Assembly: GCA_964478705.1 (NCBI GenBank)
Contig: CAYZIR010000005.1
Coordinates: 508-64,507 of the forward strand
DNA length: 64,000 bases
DNA from: an uncultured Candidatus Saccharibacteria bacterium
Lineage (GTDB): Bacteria; Patescibacteriota; Minisyncoccia; Phycocordibacterales; EsbW-18
Direction of reading: 5' to 3'
Shown here: positions 26,367 through 36,693 of the stretch, piece after piece
Numbering within the stretch: position 1 is the stretch's first letter
Layout: each line of letters begins with the position of its first letter
The notes under the pieces: generated by a model
Seen by the model: the letters and a program-made list of their open reading frames with translations, nothing else
Told to the model about the DNA's origin: nothing
The model's database searches: none
Program-made: the position numbers and the translations under genes

Positions 26367-27271
26367 GCACCACAAGCACAACTGCGCACCAGCGTGGGCA
26401 ACAGGCGCGACAGATCGTCAACAAGGGTGTTGGCGGTCTCGGTAAGCTCGGCGCTTTTGGGGGATGTCTCTTGGTTATTCTCTTCCTGCTTGTTTGCATC
26501 TTCATGATGTTCGCAACCGGAGGGATCGTGGGACTCTTCACTACCGCTGGTGGATCATATGCGGGCAGTGAAATCACTCAGCGCATGAGCATGAGTGCTG
26601 TCTTTGCTGTGCTCCTTCTCATGAGCGCTCCACTCGCCGCGCTCGCATTGAAATCACTTTTCGGAGTGAAGAATGCGAGACAGAGCTGGTTGGGATTCGT
26701 TGTTTCCATCCTCATGGCAGGACTCATGACATGGGGAGTCAGCCTGATTCCGATGTCTAGCCCACGTTGGGGTCAAATCGCAATGATTGGATTGTTCGTC
26801 TTGATGATTGGGGGGCTTCTCCAAATCTTCCTTGACGAAAAATTCCTACCACGACTACGAACATTTACACAGTTGGGATGGGTACTCCTTGCTGGCGCTC
26901 TCATCGTGAGTGTCGCCACATGGTGGGACTCCCGTCCAAGTGGACCAACGGGGGGAAACACACCGATTCAGCATCAATTCTCATCAAGTGCGAACTTCGC
27001 GTTCGTCTTGGAAAACGGCAAGACCATTGTGCTTGATGTCGAGGATCCGAGGTACAACCTCGACCCCGACAACAAATACGATGTGGTGTGGGACAACCCA
27101 GCATTCGGGTGCATGGAGGTGCTCTTTGCAGGGCGCCTCGTCTGCACCGACTGCGCTGAGAAGCGCGGAGAATGCAAGTATCGGCAAGACTCAGCAAAAA
27201 CGGTCTTATTCCGGCCACTGCACCGCGGGGACGTGGTGCACGTGAGCGGAATAATCACCGCACGACGTTGA
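26363..27271 (+). CDS. Hypothetical 4-TM membrane protein with Cys-containing C-terminal soluble domain (302 aa)
   Basis: Four hydrophobic helices (aa ~35-175), then soluble domain with CTDCAEKRGEC; no recognisable family. Confidence 0.55.
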   Translation: MSTTSTTAHQRGQQARQIVNKGVGGLGKLGAFGGCLLVILFLLVCIFMMFATGGIVGLFTTAGGSYAGSEITQRMSMSAVFAVLLLMSAPLAALALKSLFGVKNARQSWLGFVVSILMAGLMTWGVSLIPMSSPRWGQIAMIGLFVLMIGGLLQIFLDEKFLPRLRTFTQLGWVLLAGALIVSVATWWDSRPSGPTGGNTPIQHQFSSSANFAFVLENGKTIVLDVEDPRYNLDPDNKYDVVWDNPAFGCMEVLFAGRLVCTDCAEKRGECKYRQDSAKTVLFRPLHRGDVVHVSGIITARR

Positions 27272-27287
27272 TTCGTACAGGTAACAC

Positions 27288-27325
27288 AAAGGCCCGCGTG
27301 CACGCACGCGGGCCTTTTTTCTTTT
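27288..27325 (+). terminator. Strong rho-independent terminator
   Basis: AAAGGCCCGCGTGCACGCACGCGGGCCTTTTTTCTTTT. Confidence 0.8.
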
Positions 27326-27340
27326 GAAAGAAACCACCTA

Positions 27341-27658
27341 TCAGAGTCCTTCTTCGATTTTCAATTCTTGCGTCCCCTGAAATTTGTTTTTTACATCGTC
27401 GTAGTTCGCTGGCTTGTCAGCACCAATCGTACCGATAATGATATTGATGATACCGAATACGGACACCATGATCACCATGCCAACCATTCCCCAGATGATG
27501 TTATTTCTCCCCTTCTCTCGACCGTCGTCGCTATCGCTGTTTCTAATGAATTCGATAACGCCCCATATGAAGATGATGACTGCAACTCCGAAGAGCGCGA
27601 ACAGTAAGGGCTCGAGAATCGAATCGTAGATACGAGCAAGAAGCTGATCAACGGTCAT
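27341..27658 (-). CDS. Pilin-like two-TM small protein, paralog 7 (no signal peptide)
   Basis: Core FIWGVIEF..DGREKGRNNIIWGMVGMVIMVSVFGII matches paralogs 1-6. Confidence 0.45.
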   Translation of the reverse strand: MTVDQLLARIYDSILEPLLFALFGVAVIIFIWGVIEFIRNSDSDDGREKGRNNIIWGMVGMVIMVSVFGIINIIIGTIGADKPANYDDVKNKFQGTQELKIEEGL

Positions 27659-27667
27659 GGACGTTGA

Positions 27668-28018
27668 TTATCGCTGAACGCCTGGAACAGGAAGTGAACC
27701 TCCTGTCTGAACATCAAACGCATTTGCAATGAATTTGACGAGACCAACAACGGCAACCATCACGAAGAGTGCGATGATACCGTAAATCATCAATTGCTTT
27801 CCTTCTGAACTCTTGTCCTCGTCGCCCTGTGCGAAGATGAACTTCACCAAACCCCAGAAGAATGCGAGAAGTGCCAAACCAACAACGATAGGTGTTGCAA
27901 GGTTTACCAATCGTCCGATTGCTTGCACAAGGTTCTCGATATTACCGAGTGACTGTGCGCTCGCAAGCGACGGAAGAAATGCGAATGCCGCAAGAGCGAG
28001 TACTGAATACTTTTTCAT
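27668..28018 (-). CDS. Pilin-like small secreted two-TM protein, paralog 6 (VirB2/TrbC-like topology)
   Basis: Signal peptide (..LASAQS), TM1 ..IVVGLALLAFFWGLVKFIFAQGD, charged loop, TM2 MIYGIIALFVMVAVVGLVKF. Confidence 0.5.
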   Translation of the reverse strand: MKKYSVLALAAFAFLPSLASAQSLGNIENLVQAIGRLVNLATPIVVGLALLAFFWGLVKFIFAQGDEDKSSEGKQLMIYGIIALFVMVAVVGLVKFIANAFDVQTGGSLPVPGVQR

Positions 28019-28099
28019 AGTGTTACTGTTTTTGAATCTAATTGCCTTTTATGGCCTTGTAATACGTATAAGTAAACCACGCTATCCCTAAACTATCAA

Positions 28100-28510
28100 T
28101 CAGCGGTTGTTGAAAGCTGGAATGGTCGGTGGAGGTAGCCCTTGGTTGTTCCCTTGATTGGTCTCATTAATGCCAACCGCACGCTGAAGGAAGCGAACGA
28201 TACCGAAGACTGAAAACATGACGAAAAGCGCAATAACACCGTACGTCATAAGCGTTCTTCCGGCCTCCTTCTCTTTTGGATCCCCTGCTTTGATGATGAA
28301 TTTGACCAATCCAAAGAAAAATACGAGGAGTGCGAGGGATGCGAGAATGCCAATAGCGATATTGATAATCGAAGTAATACCATCAAGTAAATTACAGAGC
28401 GTTGGATTGAGTGCTCCGGTACAATTTACGATTGCTGCGTCCACCGCAAACGGTGTGAGCATGAGTGCAAGAATACCGAGCCCGAAAGAAATTTTGATAT
28501 ATCGTTTCAT
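28100..28510 (-). CDS. Pilin-like small secreted two-TM protein, paralog 5
   Basis: ..FFFGLVKFIIKAGDPKEKEAGRTLMTYGVIALFVMFSVFGIVRF.. Confidence 0.5.
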   Translation of the reverse strand: MKRYIKISFGLGILALMLTPFAVDAAIVNCTGALNPTLCNLLDGITSIINIAIGILASLALLVFFFGLVKFIIKAGDPKEKEAGRTLMTYGVIALFVMFSVFGIVRFLQRAVGINETNQGNNQGLPPPTIPAFNNR

Positions 28511-28530
28511 ACAATAATGATACTAAGCGC

Positions 28531-28851
28531 TTAATTAGGTAATAGTGCGTTCTTAAGGAATTGTACGATGCCCCAGAACGAAAACAAGACAAACAACCCG
28601 AGAATACCGTAGCCCATCGTGCTTTTTGCACTCAGCTTCTTCTTCTCATCGCCTGCATACAAGATGTATTGCACAACCCCCCACATAAAGAAGAGCACCG
28701 CGAGCGACGAGAGGAGACCAATCAACGGGTTGACGAGCCCTGTAAACATTTCAATCAGTTGTTTGAGATTTTGTGGGGCACCCGCTGCCACCGCACTTAT
28801 CGGCAGTACTGCGCCAAGCACCATACCTATTCGAGGGAAAAATTGTTTCAT
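28531..28851 (-). CDS. Pilin-like small secreted two-TM protein, paralog 4
   Basis: ..LFFMWGVVQYILYAGDEKKKLSAKSTMGYGILGLFVLFSFWGIVQF.. Confidence 0.5.
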   Translation of the reverse strand: MKQFFPRIGMVLGAVLPISAVAAGAPQNLKQLIEMFTGLVNPLIGLLSSLAVLFFMWGVVQYILYAGDEKKKLSAKSTMGYGILGLFVLFSFWGIVQFLKNALLPN

Positions 28852-28855
28852 ATGA

Positions 28856-29263
28856 TTATTTGAGCACTTCTGTCTTTGGCGTCGGTTCTTTTTTTAGGTC
28901 GTCGACGGTTCCTTTAATGACATTGGCAAGTACTGTTGCACCAAGTAAAATCGCCGCCCCAATGACGGTGTAAAGAAATGATTCCTTCGCTTTCTTAAGC
29001 TCATCTTTATTACCCCGCGCCTTCACGAAGAGAAATCCTGAGTAAATGATGAAAATTGCAACAACATAGAATCCAATTTCTGCCACTTTTTCTGAAATCG
29101 CAATGATTGCGCCTCCAAGGTCGTCACAGTTTTCACATGCAAGCGGGTTCTCTATACCTTTTACCTCACCTGTTCCAACACCTCCCTGAGCAAAGACTGC
29201 AACAGGAATCATAATAAAAAGTGCAAGAACCAAGCCAAAAATATGTCGTTTATATGATTTCAT
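28856..29263 (-). CDS. Pilin-like small secreted two-TM protein, paralog 3
   Basis: Signal peptide ..AVFAQG; ..FYVVAIFIIYSGFLFVKARGNKDELKKAKESFLYTVIGAAILLGATVL.. Confidence 0.45.
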   Translation of the reverse strand: MKSYKRHIFGLVLALFIMIPVAVFAQGGVGTGEVKGIENPLACENCDDLGGAIIAISEKVAEIGFYVVAIFIIYSGFLFVKARGNKDELKKAKESFLYTVIGAAILLGATVLANVIKGTVDDLKKEPTPKTEVLK

Positions 29264-29690
29264 GAATACTATCTATTCTACCTTGTTTCTGAAAAACCTC
29301 ATCCACATCGGTATCCAAAAAGAAGTTCGTGAAGAGATTCACAATCAGCCACGCTGAAAATGTTATGGTAAGACCCCAAAATACATTCTGAAAGATCTTT
29401 TGTGCCTTACCTCGGTCTCCTGGGTTAGCGCTCGATGTTAGGTAGAGAAACCCTGCCCACGAGAAGAGAATTGCTGAGAGTGGAATCGCGATTGTCATCA
29501 AAAAATCAATGACGTTCTCGATGAGTGTTATAAAGTCAAGAAAATTACAATCCGGCCCTGCACATGGCACAAGGCCACCCGCACCAGGTATAGGATCCGC
29601 TGCCAAGACCGCCATCGGAACGAATATAAGACATATAAGCGCTATTGAGACCGCAATGCCACGGCAACGCATGTTCATATGCTCTTTCAT
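29250..29690 (-). CDS. Pilin-like small secreted two-TM protein, paralog 2
   Basis: Start reset to ATG 29690 (MKEHMNMRCRG..). Signal peptide ..AVLAADP; two TM with loop ..SSANPGDRGKAQK. Confidence 0.4.
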   Translation of the reverse strand: MKEHMNMRCRGIAVSIALICLIFVPMAVLAADPIPGAGGLVPCAGPDCNFLDFITLIENVIDFLMTIAIPLSAILFSWAGFLYLTSSANPGDRGKAQKIFQNVFWGLTITFSAWLIVNLFTNFFLDTDVDEVFQKQGRIDSIHEII

Positions 29691-29763
29691 ATATCCTTGC
29701 ATTGTATCGTAGAACATACGGTAACCACGCACGATAGAATCAAAAGAAGTGGACAACTGCCCT

Positions 29764-31059
29764 CTATCGGATCTCTGCACCCAAACGTGCTGACACATCC
29801 GCTACGGCGCGAGAAATCGAGAGACGCCCCGATGTGATATTGGCGACCATGTCAGAGAACGCCTTGTCTGTTTCAGACGAATTTGGGTCGAGAAATGCCG
29901 ATGCAATCAATGCTTCGTCGTAAAAAAGTGCTTGATAGGGGTCTTGAGGTTCACCAGCGAGCAAATCACGACGCACTGGAGGAAGATTCATCTTTTCGCT
30001 CCACAACGCCCCGGCGTCTGAGCCAGAGAGCAACGTCATGACACGAAAGGCACCCGCGACATTATCTGTCTGTTTTACGATAGCAATGCCATATATTCTT
30101 CCGAACGTTGTCACAAAGGAACTTTCACGAATCTGTGGAATGGCCGTCACATCGAAGTCGAGATTCGGATTTTTGTCACGGATTGCGAAGAGTTCGCTTG
30201 CAAAACCGAGGTACAGAGCAAGATCGCCTCGAATAAAGAAATCTTGGGAACGCGGAAGCGCTCTATTCCATGAGTAGAGTGGCTTAACGGGATTTGCAAA
30301 TTCCGTATAAAAACGAAGTGCAGAATCTGCTGGTGCCTCAGGAAGACCTAAGTCATCCGCGATGATGACACCTAAACGATTTCCTGCATCACGAAGCGTG
30401 ATAGGATTGCCCGCTTGCATGATTAAGGTTGCGATGATTTCTCGCGCATGATCAACGTTGCCGTATTCACCGAGTGCAATGACACTTTGGAGCACATTGA
30501 ACGAATCATCCACCTTAGTGAGTTTTGGATGGAAGTCGACAAGTTCATCCCAGAAGCGCGGTGGCTCAGGCAATCTCGCTGTATTCAATAACGTTCTGTT
30601 CCAGTACATCATCAGAGGATCGACGAGGATTGGAAGGCCGAGAATCCCATTCCGAGAGACAAAAATCTCTGATCCTTGTGTGTAGGTGTCACGAAAGAGG
30701 CGTTCGGTGATTGATTCAAACGGCACGGTGTAGAGCTTGTCTTCATACTCTGCAAGATGATCCCCTTGTACGATAATCGCATCGGGTCCGGTTCCTGATG
30801 CAAGGGCGTCAATCAACTCTTGCTTAAATTCGGCCTCCGAAAATGCCTCGTAGGTCACTTGTAGAGCACCACTCTGTGCTTCGTTGTATTTACTGACCAC
30901 TGAATTCACGATATCCGCTGGCAGGGTTCCCCAGACAATCGCTTCAGCAGGAACATCCTCACCACTACCGCCTGATTTACCGAACGTCGCAATAACAATA
31001 ACGCCGGCAACAATAAAAAAACCAAAAATACCGAGGAGTACTGACTGAAATGTACGCAT
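29764..31059 (-). CDS. Membrane-anchored extracellular solute-binding protein (ABC-transporter SBP family 1-like)
   Basis: N-terminal TM anchor then ~400-aa periplasmic-binding-protein fold; first gene of the minus-strand unit containing the pilin-like array. Confidence 0.55.
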   Translation of the reverse strand: MRTFQSVLLGIFGFFIVAGVIVIATFGKSGGSGEDVPAEAIVWGTLPADIVNSVVSKYNEAQSGALQVTYEAFSEAEFKQELIDALASGTGPDAIIVQGDHLAEYEDKLYTVPFESITERLFRDTYTQGSEIFVSRNGILGLPILVDPLMMYWNRTLLNTARLPEPPRFWDELVDFHPKLTKVDDSFNVLQSVIALGEYGNVDHAREIIATLIMQAGNPITLRDAGNRLGVIIADDLGLPEAPADSALRFYTEFANPVKPLYSWNRALPRSQDFFIRGDLALYLGFASELFAIRDKNPNLDFDVTAIPQIRESSFVTTFGRIYGIAIVKQTDNVAGAFRVMTLLSGSDAGALWSEKMNLPPVRRDLLAGEPQDPYQALFYDEALIASAFLDPNSSETDKAFSDMVANITSGRLSISRAVADVSARLGAEIR

Positions 31060-31113
31060 ATATATCTTAATAATACCCCATAGGTGTGCTCGACACGAGA
31101 GGTCTGTGGAAGA

Positions 31114-31650
31114 CTAGTGATGGGCAGATTTCCGCAACAGAAGACCGTAGTGGTGTTCTCCCGCATCAATCTTTTTTTCAAAAGTAAATCCAGCTTTTTC
31201 TGCAAGCATGCGTGCGGTCTCTTCTGAGACAACCTGATCCGGATGCGGACCCATCATCCCAAACGATTCCTTCCAGTCGACAATGAGCATTCGACCGAGC
31301 GGACGCAAAATACGGTATGCTTCAACAAGCAATTGTGCCTTATGTTCTATCTGAAATAATGTGTTGCTCAAGAGCACGAGATCAACAATTCCATCGGCAA
31401 GCGTTGTGCCCTTGGGTTCCTCAAGATCCGCCCAGATAGGGTGAAGATTTGAAATGTTTTCTTCTCGAGCTTCTTTGGCCAGTCGTGTAACTAAATCTTT
31501 TTGCACATCAAGTGCATATATCGTGCTTTGCGCTCCTGCATGTTTCACTAATTCCCGCGCATGCACACCGCTTCCGGTTCCCAAGTCGGCGATGACCATA
31601 CCATCACTCACACCTATCTGCCGAAGAATATCGTTTGGATGAGAAATCAT
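31114..31650 (-). CDS. Class I SAM-dependent methyltransferase
   Basis: Motif I VIADLGTGSGVHA, motif post-I LDVQKD. Confidence 0.7.
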   Translation of the reverse strand: MISHPNDILRQIGVSDGMVIADLGTGSGVHARELVKHAGAQSTIYALDVQKDLVTRLAKEAREENISNLHPIWADLEEPKGTTLADGIVDLVLLSNTLFQIEHKAQLLVEAYRILRPLGRMLIVDWKESFGMMGPHPDQVVSEETARMLAEKAGFTFEKKIDAGEHHYGLLLRKSAHH

Positions 31651-31712
31651 ACAAAAATAATAACGCCTCTTCACCAATTGTCTACCTGCCGTTGGTTGTC
31701 AGCTATTGGTTT

Positions 31713-34172
31713 TTAGAGACACACAAAGGAAGCAATAGAATCCCCTTCGCGCATTTTCATGATGCGAACACCTTGTGTTGCGCGACCGAGTTCAGGAATC
31801 TCTGCAATTGATGTGCGGATGACTTGGCCTTTCTGCGACATGACGACTAACTCTTCAATATCTGGAGTTACAACGTGCCCTGCAATCACCGGACCTGTTT
31901 TTTCAGTGACGTGTGATGTTTTGATACCGGAGCCACCACGATTCTGTGTTTTATAGTCGCTCTCAGGAGTACGCTTACCATACCCATTTTTCGACAAAAT
32001 AAGAATCGATGCGTCGGTGCGCCCCTTCTCAATAACGCCTGCAGAAACGATAATATCTTTTGCTTCAAGCTTCATGGCACGCACACCACCAGCGGTGCGA
32101 CCCATTTGGCGAATATCGCCCTCGTCAAACCTGATTGATTGCCCTTTTGATGTAATCAATGAAACCTCGTCTCCTTCCTTAACAAAGACGGTCGCCATGA
32201 GTTCATCGCCACTATCGAGCTTGATGGCGATAATGCCACTTCGACGTACATCGTGGAAACTTTCTGCTGCAACTTTCTTTGCTGTACCTCCCTTGGTGAC
32301 CATCATAATACTTCCCTTCTGTGCTTTCATATCTTTCGAAACAGGAAGAATTGAGGTGATGCGCTCGCCCTCAGATAATGAGAGGAAGTTCATGATCGAC
32401 TTACCTTTTGTCGCACGTTTTCCTTCCGGCAATTCATACATTTTCAACTGATACGCCTTTCCTTTATCAGTGAAAAAGAGCAAGTCACTATGTGTTGACG
32501 CAGTTAAGAATGTTGTCACGAAGTCCTCTTCCTTTGTATTCAAATCAACGACACCCACACCGCCTCGTTTCTGTGCTTTGTATTCAGATGGATTGGTTCG
32601 TTTGATATACCCGCCTGCGGTGTAGACGAGCACGTTTTCTTCGTCGGCAACAAGGTCTTCGACAGAAAATGCTTTGATACCACCTTTGACGAGTTTCGTG
32701 CGACGATCGTTGCCATATTTTTCTTTGATATCATTCAACTCGCCAACAATCACCTCGCGCATTTTTTTCTCACTCTTCAACAGCGCTGTAAGTTCTGCAA
32801 TGAGCTTCTGGATCTCTGCCAACTCGTCTTCAATTTTCTGTCGCTCGAGACCTGCAAGCTTTTGCAGACGCATTTCAAGAATTGCATTCGCCTGTATCTC
32901 AGAGAATTTAAACTTCTTGATGAGATTTGCCCGCGCTTCACCGGTATCTTTTGATTTTTTGATAAGTGCTACAACTTCGTCGATATGGTCGAGAGCTTTC
33001 GTAAGCCCCACAAGGATATGTTCACGTGCTGCCGCTTCTCGCAAATCAAACTCCGTACGACGACGGACAACAACCAAACGATGTTTGATGAATTCCTCGA
33101 GAATACTCTTCAGTGAAAGTGTGTGAGGAACACCGTCGACCAAACACACCGTGTTCATGTGGAAGGTGTCTTCAAGCGATGTGTGCTTATAGAGATAATT
33201 AAGAACTTTTTCTGGGTATGCTCCGGTCTTTAGTTCAATAACAATACGGATGTCTTTTGCCGATTCGTCACGAACATCACGAATACCCTCGAGTTTCTTC
33301 TCGTGGTGCAGGCTCGCGATTTTCTGGATAAGCTCAGCTTTGTTAACGCGGTATGGTAGCGATGTAATAACAATTTGGAATTGTCCTTTCTTCCCTTCAA
33401 CAACCTCCGCTTCACCACGAACAACGATACCACCTTTCCCCGTGGCATACGCATGCGCAATATCTTTTGCGTTGTACATAATACCGCCGGTCGGAAAATC
33501 TGGTCCTTTCACGAATTCAAGTAAATCTTCTCCCGTCGCATCTGGATCATTAATGAGCGTAACAGTCGCATCGATGATTTCACGGAGGTTATGCGGTGCA
33601 ATGTTTGTTGCCATACCAACCGCGATACCCAACGTTCCGTTCAACAAAAGGTTCGGAACAGCAGAAGGAAACACTACTGGCTCTCTGTAGCGACCGTCAT
33701 AGTTTGGTCGCCATTCAACCGTTTCTTTTTCAATATCACGAATGAGCTCAGCAGAAAGTCTCGACATTCGCGCCTCGGTATATCGCATCGCTGCCGGTGG
33801 ATCACCGTCGATCGATCCGAAGTTACCTTGACCGAGCACCAATGGGTATCGGTAGGAGAAGTCTTGCGCCATACCAACCATCGCGTCATACACAGAGGCA
33901 TCACCGTGCGGGTGATATTTACCGAGCACTTCACCGACAACCGCAGCTGACTTACGTGGTTTTGACGACGCCGTGAGTTTCATGCCATGCATTGCGTAGA
34001 GAATACGACGAAGCACCGGCTTCAAGCCGTCACGGACGTCTGGTAGTGCACGCATCGTAATCACCGACATCGCGTAGTCGAGGTACGATTCTTTCATTTC
34101 CGTCGTCACACTTCGGCCTATAACCCCGTCGACCGCGATTTCAGGCTCCTTGTCGTTGTTATGCACTGCCAT
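31713..34172 (-). CDS. gyrA: DNA gyrase subunit A
   Basis: Topo IIA N-terminal breakage-reunion domain (..[10 protein letters not shown]..) and C-terminal beta-pinwheel repeats. Confidence 0.95.
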   Translation of the reverse strand: MAVHNNDKEPEIAVDGVIGRSVTTEMKESYLDYAMSVITMRALPDVRDGLKPVLRRILYAMHGMKLTASSKPRKSAAVVGEVLGKYHPHGDASVYDAMVGMAQDFSYRYPLVLGQGNFGSIDGDPPAAMRYTEARMSRLSAELIRDIEKETVEWRPNYDGRYREPVVFPSAVPNLLLNGTLGIAVGMATNIAPHNLREIIDATVTLINDPDATGEDLLEFVKGPDFPTGGIMYNAKDIAHAYATGKGGIVVRGEAEVVEGKKGQFQIVITSLPYRVNKAELIQKIASLHHEKKLEGIRDVRDESAKDIRIVIELKTGAYPEKVLNYLYKHTSLEDTFHMNTVCLVDGVPHTLSLKSILEEFIKHRLVVVRRRTEFDLREAAAREHILVGLTKALDHIDEVVALIKKSKDTGEARANLIKKFKFSEIQANAILEMRLQKLAGLERQKIEDELAEIQKLIAELTALLKSEKKMREVIVGELNDIKEKYGNDRRTKLVKGGIKAFSVEDLVADEENVLVYTAGGYIKRTNPSEYKAQKRGGVGVVDLNTKEEDFVTTFLTASTHSDLLFFTDKGKAYQLKMYELPEGKRATKGKSIMNFLSLSEGERITSILPVSKDMKAQKGSIMMVTKGGTAKKVAAESFHDVRRSGIIAIKLDSGDELMATVFVKEGDEVSLITSKGQSIRFDEGDIRQMGRTAGGVRAMKLEAKDIIVSAGVIEKGRTDASILILSKNGYGKRTPESDYKTQNRGGSGIKTSHVTEKTGPVIAGHVVTPDIEELVVMSQKGQVIRTSIAEIPELGRATQGVRIMKMREGDSIASFVCL

Positions 34173-34223
34173 AGAATACGCTCAGTATACAGTAAAAAAG
34201 ACCGTTTTTAAAGGAATATCGCA

Positions 34224-34457
34224 CTAAAAATTCTTTCGAAATGAGTCAAAAGCACCTCGTATTTGCGTCATCACACTCTGTGTTGGAGAAGGCGCTGTGG
34301 TCGTTTTAACCTCACTATCGGTGCTCCCAAAGCGTACAAAAAGCGACACAACCCACAAAATGGCAATAATGCCTGTAATCGTGAGGGCGGTCAGAAATGA
34401 GATACGACGACGCTCGTGTGGCGGTCGCTGTCGTAACCGTGCGATGAGCTCAAACAT
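34224..34457 (-). CDS. Hypothetical small membrane protein
   Basis: 77 aa with one TM (LTALTITGIIAILWVVSLFV). Confidence 0.35.
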   Translation of the reverse strand: MFELIARLRQRPPHERRRISFLTALTITGIIAILWVVSLFVRFGSTDSEVKTTTAPSPTQSVMTQIRGAFDSFRKNF

Positions 34458-34466
34458 ACAATAGAG

Positions 34467-35094
34467 TTACGCTTGTGGTGCCAGAACAACAATTTCACCC
34501 TCTTTCTCACTGATATCCTTTTTCTTGATGGTGAGCTTATCAATCGGAGCAACAGTTGAACCTTCTTCTTTCAAGAAAGCTGCGAGTGTGTCTTTTTCGT
34601 AATGAACAGGTATTACAATACGAGGCTCAAGCGAGACAACAAGTTTATGCGCCTCCGCTGGTGTCAGCACACCGTCACCCCCAACCGGGACAAAGAGGAT
34701 ATCGATATCACCCAATGACTCAAGTGTTTCGGGAGTCAGTGTGGTTGTGCCGAGTGGACCAAGAAAACAGAGTCGTGCATCTTCAAGGGTCAGCGTGTAG
34801 ATCGTGGCAATTTTTTCAGCACCTCCATACGTTGATACCGAATTCCATCCTTTAATAAAAATACCGCCGACTTCGTACTCACCCGCTCCCGAAATAACGA
34901 ATGGCTCTTTCTCACCACGAGACACGCTCTCAACGCCATTCATATCGTCGTGATTGAGAGAGATGAGTGCAATATCAGCACCAAAACTTGATGCGGAGTA
35001 TTTTTTTGAACGTTTCGAAACAGGATTAACCGCAACAATGGTTTCGCCAAATTGGATCTTCAGAGATTCGAGGGTGTTGTAGGTGATGATCATA
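34467..35094 (-). CDS. MBL-fold metallo-hydrolase (UPF0173/YtkL-like)
   Basis: Beta-lactamase-fold motifs (..ISLNHDDMNG.., ..VPVGGDGVLT..). Start reset to ATG 35094 (MIITYN). Confidence 0.6.
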
Positions 35095-35140
35095 ACCCGT
35101 ACAGTATAGCGAAAAAAACGTCTCAAGAACATATATGTGA

Positions 35141-35180
35141 GAACGTAAAAAGCGCCCAACCCTGAACGGGTTGGGCGCGA
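35141..35180 (-). terminator. Rho-independent terminator
   Basis: GCGCCCAACCCGTTCGGGTTGGGCGC + T-run on minus strand. Confidence 0.6.
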
Positions 35181-35187
35181 CAGTTTA

Positions 35188-35655
35188 TTATCCAGAGGCA
35201 ACTTCTAGGGGCTTTTCCAACTCCGTCAGAAGTGAGCTCAGTATCACTGCTCTGCTTTGCACTGTCCTGATTTCCCTCGCAAGGGACTCGAGAATAGCCT
35301 TCTTGAAACGATCAACTTGTCTCGAGACATCAAGACGTTGCACCTTATCCTCTGTTCTATCTTCCAACGGTGCATAACTAATTTCAAATGAATGCGACAC
35401 GCTCGGGATTTTCAAGATGTCACCCAGTGGGTGAAATGTTGGCTCAACACCCTTGAGCTCAAACGTGACTTTGAGACAAGAGTAGTGAAACGTACGCGAA
35501 TCAGTAATAACAATCTTGAGATGTTCGAAGGAAAACCTAGACGATGCTGGATCTTCCAACCCTTCGAGAGCGACCTGGACGATGCCGAGGACACAGTCCG
35601 GTTTGAGATTCGGCCCGATTGGCAAAACCTCAACGCTGAATCTGTTGCCCATCAT
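35188..35655 (-). CDS. Hypothetical protein (~155 aa)
   Basis: Start probably at the MMGNRF Met pair. No recognisable family. Confidence 0.4.
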   Translation of the reverse strand: MMGNRFSVEVLPIGPNLKPDCVLGIVQVALEGLEDPASSRFSFEHLKIVITDSRTFHYSCLKVTFELKGVEPTFHPLGDILKIPSVSHSFEISYAPLEDRTEDKVQRLDVSRQVDRFKKAILESLAREIRTVQSRAVILSSLLTELEKPLEVASG

Positions 35656-35746
35656 GATAAAGAACTCCTCTCTGGGGTGCTCTGCACCCCTTTCCTGTCG
35701 GCTCCTTCCCTGGAACCTGACATACAAGCTATATCACGCTTTTGAA

Positions 35747-36691
35747 TTACTGTAAATAGAGCCGTTTATTTTCTTTGTGCTCTTCAAATGTCGTCGCGTA
35801 ATGCATGATTCCGTCGTTTCCGGTGAGATAAAACCAATAAGGCGTTTCGGTTGGTTTGAGTGACGCTTCAAGCGATTCGATTCCTGGGTTACTGATTGGC
35901 GTTGGCGGAAGACCTCGGTAGAGATAGGTATTATACGGAGAATCAAACTCGAGCTCTCCCGCATCGAGCTCATGGGATGCTTTACCGAACAGATAGTAAA
36001 ACGGTGCATCCACCTGCAGTGCATGTTCTTCACGAATCCGTTTCCAGAGAATGCCTGAAACTATCTGTTTATCTTTTTCACCACGAGCTTCTTCTTCGAT
36101 GATTGATGCCATCGTCACCACATCACTCCACGATGTGGCGCCATCGGGAAGTTGGCTCTCTGCCAAGAGTGCCGTCTTTTCAATAAAGGTATTTCTCATT
36201 ACCTCAATGACCTCAGAGGACGTCACCGTCGGCAGAAAAAAATAGGTGTCGGGGAAAAGGTATCCTTCAAACGGACGTGCCTCTGCTTCAAACTCAGTTG
36301 GGTTAATGCGAGGGAGCACCCGTGCAAGTATGTCACCCATTTCAAATGATGTTGTCCCTTCAGGGATCAATACACGTACTGTCATTAGACGATAATCGCC
36401 CTTCGCGAGCCTCCATGCGATACGTACAATATTTTCCTGCTCTCGAAAGAGATAGTCTCCTGCTTTCACAGAGTCCGCTCCGCCCATAAACGAGATGGCG
36501 ACACGTAACATCGTGGAGGACACAATGATGTTATTCTTTTTTAGAATTTCGCCGGCGTCGTGCAATGAGCTTCCCGAAGGGATCGAAATCAGTGTATTCG
36601 GTGTAAACGTTTTTGGTGTTTGTAAAATGAGCACGAGAAACAATACGCTACACGCCACAGCACACCACGCGTACGTTCGCCGACACCACAT
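35747..36691 (-). CDS. mltG: Endolytic murein transglycosylase MltG/YceG family
   Basis: N-terminal TM, YceG-like domain (..VLIPEGTTSFEMGDILARV.., ..YLFPDTYFF.., C-terminal LTGNDG..HYATTFEEH). Confidence 0.75.
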   Translation of the reverse strand: MWCRRTYAWCAVACSVLFLVLILQTPKTFTPNTLISIPSGSSLHDAGEILKKNNIIVSSTMLRVAISFMGGADSVKAGDYLFREQENIVRIAWRLAKGDYRLMTVRVLIPEGTTSFEMGDILARVLPRINPTEFEAEARPFEGYLFPDTYFFLPTVTSSEVIEVMRNTFIEKTALLAESQLPDGATSWSDVVTMASIIEEEARGEKDKQIVSGILWKRIREEHALQVDAPFYYLFGKASHELDAGELEFDSPYNTYLYRGLPPTPISNPGIESLEASLKPTETPYWFYLTGNDGIMHYATTFEEHKENKRLYLQ

Positions 36692-36693
36692 AT

